The notes under the pieces are model-generated. The model did not search any database. It was not told the DNA's origin and saw nothing but the letters and a program-made list of their open reading frames with translations. From a virus (Duplodnaviria; Heunggongvirae; Uroviricota; Caudoviricetes), in the IMG/VR virus record IMGVR_UViG_3300008108_000023, positions 64,001-128,000 of that record: a stretch of 64,000 bases of DNA; one strand, 5' to 3'. The position numbers and the translations under genes are program-made. Below, piece after piece: positions 59,698 through 64,000 of this stretch (position 1 is the stretch's first letter; every line of letters starts with the position of its first letter).

Positions 59698-60072
59698 TTA
59701 CTCAAGAGTTAAAAGATACAGTAATTTATTCAATAAACCAAGCATCTCATCTCTTAAATTTAACAAATCAGTGTCTAATCTATCATCTAAGTCATCTGAG
59801 AACTCAACAAGAGCTTCAGTACAAACTTTGACCATGTCAACGGGATTGACCTCTGAAAGGTTTACTAACTGAATAGTATTTGTATCCTCTTCAAGTGTAA
59901 ATCTACCATATTTACCCATGGCAACCTCAACAAATTCGTCAATAAGGTCTGATAAACCATCATAGGTTTTACCAAAAGCGTCGTGCCTGGCAATACCTTT
60001 TGTTTGCCAATGGTTTATTTTCATTTGTAATTGTAAACCTAATAAGAAGTTTACTTTAGAACTTAAATTCAT
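59698..60072 (-). CDS. Ferritin/Dps-like four-helix protein (DUF5856-like)
   Basis: HWQTKGIARHDAFGKTYDGLSDLIDEFVE and NLRDEM..LNKLLYLLTLE motifs. Confidence 0.75.
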   Translation of the reverse strand: MNLSSKVNFLLGLQLQMKINHWQTKGIARHDAFGKTYDGLSDLIDEFVEVAMGKYGRFTLEEDTNTIQLVNLSEVNPVDMVKVCTEALVEFSDDLDDRLDTDLLNLRDEMLGLLNKLLYLLTLE

Positions 60073-60685
60073 CTTCCTCTGTTTCTGCGTTAAAACTATC
60101 TTTTATTGTGTCGTTTGAATAATCTTCAATATCTTGCTTGGTGAGGACGTATTCGTTTTTACCTGTTTGTTGCATCTCACCTTGTTTTTGAGCAAAAAAC
60201 TCTTGGGGATTTAGATTGAAAGGGTATGAATCCAAAGAACGTAACTCCAACTTTTCTTGTGGTGATTTTTCTTTCATGGTTTCAACCTTGCTACCTAATT
60301 CATCAATTTTGTTCATTACCGCATCCATCTGAGATAATTTTTGTTCCAAATCTGTCAGTTTAGTAAATACTGTTTCCATTTTACCAACAACATCATTGTT
60401 ATTAGATTTGCTATCATCCAAATCCTTTTTAATTGATTTAGTCATATTAACTAAATCTGTGATATCGATTTCTTCGGTATCTTCCACGGGTGCTGCCGGT
60501 GCTGGTGGGACTTCAGCGGGCATCGGTGCTGCTGGGTCCATAGGTGGTACATCACCAGGTGGTGGGGGTGGTACATCTCCAACAGGAGGTGGTACTTCAC
60601 CTTGTTCCATTAAGGTTTTTGCATATTTGTTAATCGCGTTGTATCTCGCGAGTTCTTCCATAAGTGATTTTTCTAATTTTTTCAT
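60056..60685 (-). CDS. Hypothetical protein with Pro-rich linker and coiled coil
   Basis: PPPVGDVPPPPPGDVPPMDPAAP linker followed by a heptad coil and an acidic tail. Confidence 0.78.
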   Translation of the reverse strand: MKKLEKSLMEELARYNAINKYAKTLMEQGEVPPPVGDVPPPPPGDVPPMDPAAPMPAEVPPAPAAPVEDTEEIDITDLVNMTKSIKKDLDDSKSNNNDVVGKMETVFTKLTDLEQKLSQMDAVMNKIDELGSKVETMKEKSPQEKLELRSLDSYPFNLNPQEFFAQKQGEMQQTGKNEYVLTKQDIEDYSNDTIKDSFNAETEEDEFKF

Positions 60686-60687
60686 AG

Positions 60688-60894
60688 TTAGTCTTGTAAA
60701 AGTTGTCTACCGTCTTCGGTTATAAATTTTTTGTTTATTCTTTCTACTATACCATCCTTAGACCTGATAACATAACATTCACCGGTTTGAAGGTCGCATT
60801 CTTCTGTTTCCATTCCGTCTTTTGAAACGGATTTTACTTGTTTTGGATTTTTCATGTAGTTATCCAAAGTATTATTCAATTTTTCGTTGTTCAT
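60688..60894 (-). CDS. Small hypothetical protein
   Basis: 68 aa, tightly packed with the next gene, preceded by the TATTTAT motif. Confidence 0.7.
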   Translation of the reverse strand: MNNEKLNNTLDNYMKNPKQVKSVSKDGMETEECDLQTGECYVIRSKDGIVERINKKFITEDGRQLLQD

Positions 60895-60907
60895 GGTATT
60901 TTCTTTA

Positions 60908-60914
60908 ATAAATA
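60908..60914 (-). promoter_or_regulatory. Recurrent TATTTAT motif
   Basis: GATATTTATT, 13 nt before the ATG at 60894. Confidence 0.6.
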
Positions 60915-60939
60915 TCTAAAAAAGTGGAAAACTTAAAAA

Positions 60940-63900
60940 TTAATCCATTTTAAAGTATACAACGTCTCCATCGTATAGTCCTAATTCGGACATAAGTTTC
61001 GGTGACATACCCATACCAATCTCGGTAGACTTCGGTCCTCTACTAATTGGACCTTCAACCACTATTGAACCAACAGTTTTGTCTAATTGGTAATTAGGAT
61101 TTACTGTTAATTGAGTATTGTTTTTAGGGTTCTTAAATGTTGTTTTAGCAGTTTTTATAACATCATTAGTAATGGTTCTTGACAATTGAAAATCCACATT
61201 ATAGAATTTATAACTTGAATCCTTAACGTCAGACCATGTAATTCCGTTTGTGAGATTAAATCCTTGTGCGTCATCTATTGGGTATTTTTCTCCACCCATT
61301 TTATATACAATAGTTCTAAACCATTCCTCATTACCGTTTCTAACTTTTTGTATTAGACGAGTTTCATTATATCCATTATATGGTACACCAAATCTGTTAA
61401 TACCAACTTCTTGAATAACCGTTTCACCCTGTATATTTTTACCTTGTCTGTCCGTAACATATGGTATTCCTTGGTATATAACTTCTTGGTCGGTGTCGGT
61501 ATCGTTAGCGGCTCTCTGTTTGATTTTAGCAATAGCTTTTGCTTGAATTTTATCAAATAGAATTCGATAACTTGCAACAAATGAGTCTTTAGGGTCAGGT
61601 AATGAAGTATATGGTATTCGTGTTCCTGAAAAACTTGTTGAGATGTTATTACCCTTGATTTGATGAGAAACCTCAGTAATCCAATATGAACCCCTAAACA
61701 TAGGTATGTTTTTTAAGTAAAAGAACATTGTTGGTTGAATCATAACGTTACCCATGGCAGTTACACCACATTTATATGATGCTTGTTTATAATAATCGAA
61801 TAAACTTGTGTCTACATTATGAACACCAGCACCTGAAGCCGACCTTGATAGATTTTCTAAAACTTGAAAAGACTCTGATGTATTTTTTAGTGTACTTTGG
61901 TCTAATGTAACTCCTTTGAATATACCTTGATTTTGGTCACCAAAACTCACCTCAAACGCAACTACCCTATTAGATTTTGATAAATCGTTTTGTGAGAAAC
62001 CTTCTAATGATGTTATTAATAATGGGTTTGGAGTTTGTCCACCAATATAAAAACTATCGTCAACAAACTTATACGCCTTACTATTGGACATATCAATTCT
62101 TTTCGATGTTTGTCCAACTAATTGTATGATAACTTTTGGTGTCGCCTCTTGATAATCAACCTCTAAGAATGTACCAAATAAAGTTGATGCCACTTTTTTT
62201 GATGGTGTTATTTTATTCTTATTTGTCAAGTTATTACCATAAAAATTTATATAGGCAGGTAACGCTCTCATATCTAATCCAGTACCTTGTATTATCATAG
62301 AAATGGCGTTGTACAAAGGAAGTTTAGAGTTGTTTGGGTCCAATAAAGGTGTAAACTTATCTATGTTTAAATAAAATTTATCACCAATGTCTCTATTGGC
62401 TTTGTCTAAGAATAAAAATTCCTCAAGTAACAAACGTTGACCAATTGAATTACCGGCGGTCCATTTATCGTTAAATGATTTGAAAGTGTTATACAATTCT
62501 AACTTTGTTTGAGTTGAATTGTAACCTCTAAACATATCAATACTAGCAGCAGGATTACCCGTGGCGTTACTCGTTAAATTACCTAATAATGGTAAAAGTG
62601 TATTCAAATACAAAGCAAGTCTAGCTTCAGCCCCTTTTGGAACATTTGTTCCACCTGTATTTTTAAGTATTATTGAATCTTGTAAATAAGTTAAAAACGC
62701 GGCTTTGGTGTTGGTTCCTCCCGCTTTTCGATATCCACCATATATTTGAGCCAACGGCCTATGTTTTTTTATGTTATCTTCAGTTAATTTAACGTCCAAT
62801 AAACTAAAGAAATTAACATAGTAACTATCAATATCTTCACCAATATATAATTTAATAAAATTAAGATTTGGGGTTGTTAAATCTGAAGCACTGAAAGGTT
62901 GTGGTTTATAAGTTGTCAAAGACTTATAAGGTTGAACCGCTGTCAAACCATATAAAGAATTGGCATCAATTTCTTTTGGGTTTGCTAACGTAAATTTTAT
63001 TAAGTTGTTAGCACTTAATATATCTGTAGTGATAGATTCAGCGTTTCTTTTTTGTCTTTCTTTTAATGTGTTACCAATTAATAAATCAATATCATTACTA
63101 TCATCGTCTTTCTTTTCAACAACGGATAATTTCTTTAACATATCTTGGAATTTAGGATAACTAATATTCCTAAAAATGTTATACGGTATTTCTTCATTTA
63201 TTTTTTCACTAGCAAAATCAAGAAAGAAACTTTCAAAATACTCAAGTATTTGAGGGCTAAATGTACCGATTAAATCTAACGCCTTTTTGTAATTAGTTGA
63301 TATTGAATATGTGTTACCTGTTGTCCTAAAATAATCGTACGGACTTGGGAACGTTTGTCCACTAAAACTAGTTGAAAGAGTGTCGTTTAGGTACCAAAGT
63401 GTTTTAAATGTCAACTCCTCAGCTACTGTGAATGTGTTACTATTGGATATGTCACTATTTTTATGTCCCCCAAGAGATGGTAATAAAGTGTAGTTTTTGT
63501 CTGAGGTTATGTATTTGGAATTATCCATAACCACGTCCCAATAATTCATACCGCTTTTTTGTGTAACCCTATGTAATAATTTACCCGATGTACTTGTGGA
63601 AGAATATGAAACATTACCTAAAGTTATATCATAAGTTGCATAGTCATTTACTATTTGACTGTACACAGTTTGATAGAACGGTCTAATACCTGCATTAGTG
63701 TAACCAGTATATGTAACACCTGAAGTTGAACCTGATGATGTGGAAATTTTTGGTACTATATCAAAGGTCACATATTCATCATAAACAGCAAATACTGTGG
63801 CACCTGTTAGTCCTGTAAGTGGAGTTTGTGAAATTGTAAATCCTGTAGTACTTGTAATATTTGTAATGTACGTATTCGGCGCTGTTTGTCCTGTACCAGC

Positions 63901-64000
63901 AATAACCGTAACGGTCATTCCTGTTTGTAGTCCTATTGTACTTGGTACATTAATCGTAGTACCACTACTACTTGCGTTTGTTGATGTGTATGTTATTAGT
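60940..64000 (-). CDS. Large baseplate hub/tail protein (gp27/gpD-like C-terminal region), runs off the right edge (partial)
   Basis: GNVMIQPTMFFYLKNIPMFRGSYWITEVSHQIKGNNISTSFSGTR resembles the hub C-terminal beta region. The frame stays open upstream of the track's ATG at 63918 to the window end (...NVPSTIGLQTGMTVTV...). Confidence 0.7.
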   Translation of the reverse strand, partial: LITYTSTNASSSGTTINVPSTIGLQTGMTVTVIAGTGQTAPNTYITNITSTTGFTISQTPLTGLTGATVFAVYDEYVTFDIVPKISTSSGSTSGVTYTGYTNAGIRPFYQTVYSQIVNDYATYDITLGNVSYSSTSTSGKLLHRVTQKSGMNYWDVVMDNSKYITSDKNYTLLPSLGGHKNSDISNSNTFTVAEELTFKTLWYLNDTLSTSFSGQTFPSPYDYFRTTGNTYSISTNYKKALDLIGTFSPQILEYFESFFLDFASEKINEEIPYNIFRNISYPKFQDMLKKLSVVEKKDDDSNDIDLLIGNTLKERQKRNAESITTDILSANNLIKFTLANPKEIDANSLYGLTAVQPYKSLTTYKPQPFSASDLTTPNLNFIKLYIGEDIDSYYVNFFSLLDVKLTEDNIKKHRPLAQIYGGYRKAGGTNTKAAFLTYLQDSIILKNTGGTNVPKGAEARLALYLNTLLPLLGNLTSNATGNPAASIDMFRGYNSTQTKLELYNTFKSFNDKWTAGNSIGQRLLLEEFLFLDKANRDIGDKFYLNIDKFTPLLDPNNSKLPLYNAISMIIQGTGLDMRALPAYINFYGNNLTNKNKITPSKKVASTLFGTFLEVDYQEATPKVIIQLVGQTSKRIDMSNSKAYKFVDDSFYIGGQTPNPLLITSLEGFSQNDLSKSNRVVAFEVSFGDQNQGIFKGVTLDQSTLKNTSESFQVLENLSRSASGAGVHNVDTSLFDYYKQASYKCGVTAMGNVMIQPTMFFYLKNIPMFRGSYWITEVSHQIKGNNISTSFSGTRIPYTSLPDPKDSFVASYRILFDKIQAKAIAKIKQRAANDTDTDQEVIYQGIPYVTDRQGKNIQGETVIQEVGINRFGVPYNGYNETRLIQKVRNGNEEWFRTIVYKMGGEKYPIDDAQGFNLTNGITWSDVKDSSYKFYNVDFQLSRTITNDVIKTAKTTFKNPKNNTQLTVNPNYQLDKTVGSIVVEGPISRGPKSTEIGMGMSPKLMSELGLYDGDVVYFKMD

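Noticed and set aside
1-64000. Alternative genetic code (TAG/TGA reassignment as in some huge phages)
   Set aside because: Conserved genes (nrdA, nrdB, dnaB, clpP, sbcC) are full length in code 11, with dense packing and TAA/TGA stops overlapping downstream starts.
1-64000. Eukaryotic or giant-virus origin suggested by mucin-like Cys-rich proteins
   Set aside because: Bacterial sigma-70, ClpP, gp6/gp25 baseplate proteins, gp32-like SSB, intrinsic terminators and intron-less operons indicate a bacteriophage.
1-64000. tRNA, rRNA or integrase/transposase genes
   Set aside because: Intergenic gaps are mostly under 150 nt, and I recognised no cloverleaf, rRNA or recombinase/transposase motifs by eye. 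tRNAscan was not run.
36000-64000. Other short plus-strand ORFs (e.g. 47807-48193, 56566-57126, 58835-59233, 60396-60725)
   Set aside because: They lie fully antisense to well-supported genes and have no recognisable motifs.

Overview
This is a 64-kb internal segment of a large (jumbo-type) tailed dsDNA bacteriophage with a contractile-tail baseplate. It is AT-rich, reads cleanly in the standard genetic code, and every credible gene lies on the minus strand. A Bacteroidota host is inferred from the RpoD-like sigma factor and from A-rich, Shine-Dalgarno-less start regions. In plus-strand order the window holds: (1) membrane/lipoprotein genes, a sigma-70 factor and ClpP; (2) a recombination/replication block (SbcC/SbcD, PD-(D/E)XK exonuclease, primase, RuvC-like resolvase); (3) a ~23-kb cluster (12760-35690) of Thr/Pro-repeat, Cys-rich-module genes; (4) baseplate/tail genes (gpI-like, gp6-like, gp25-like); (5) nrdA/nrdB, DnaB helicase, 5'-3' exonuclease, RecA-like recombinase, gp32-like SSB and a ferritin-like protein; (6) a partial baseplate-hub-like gene. 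The standout is a mucin-like gene in block 3. It is ~16.1 kb (~5,370 aa if one 4-nt lesion at ~23085 is repaired) with ~4,600 residues of T-x-T-x repeats, and it sits among paralogous T/P-stalk genes that share Cys-rich modules. The lesion falls exactly where the repeat vocabulary changes, so a recombination join or an assembly artefact must be excluded with long reads. No tRNA, CRISPR array, integrase or reverse transcriptase was seen. All product calls are motif-based by eye; no database search was run.
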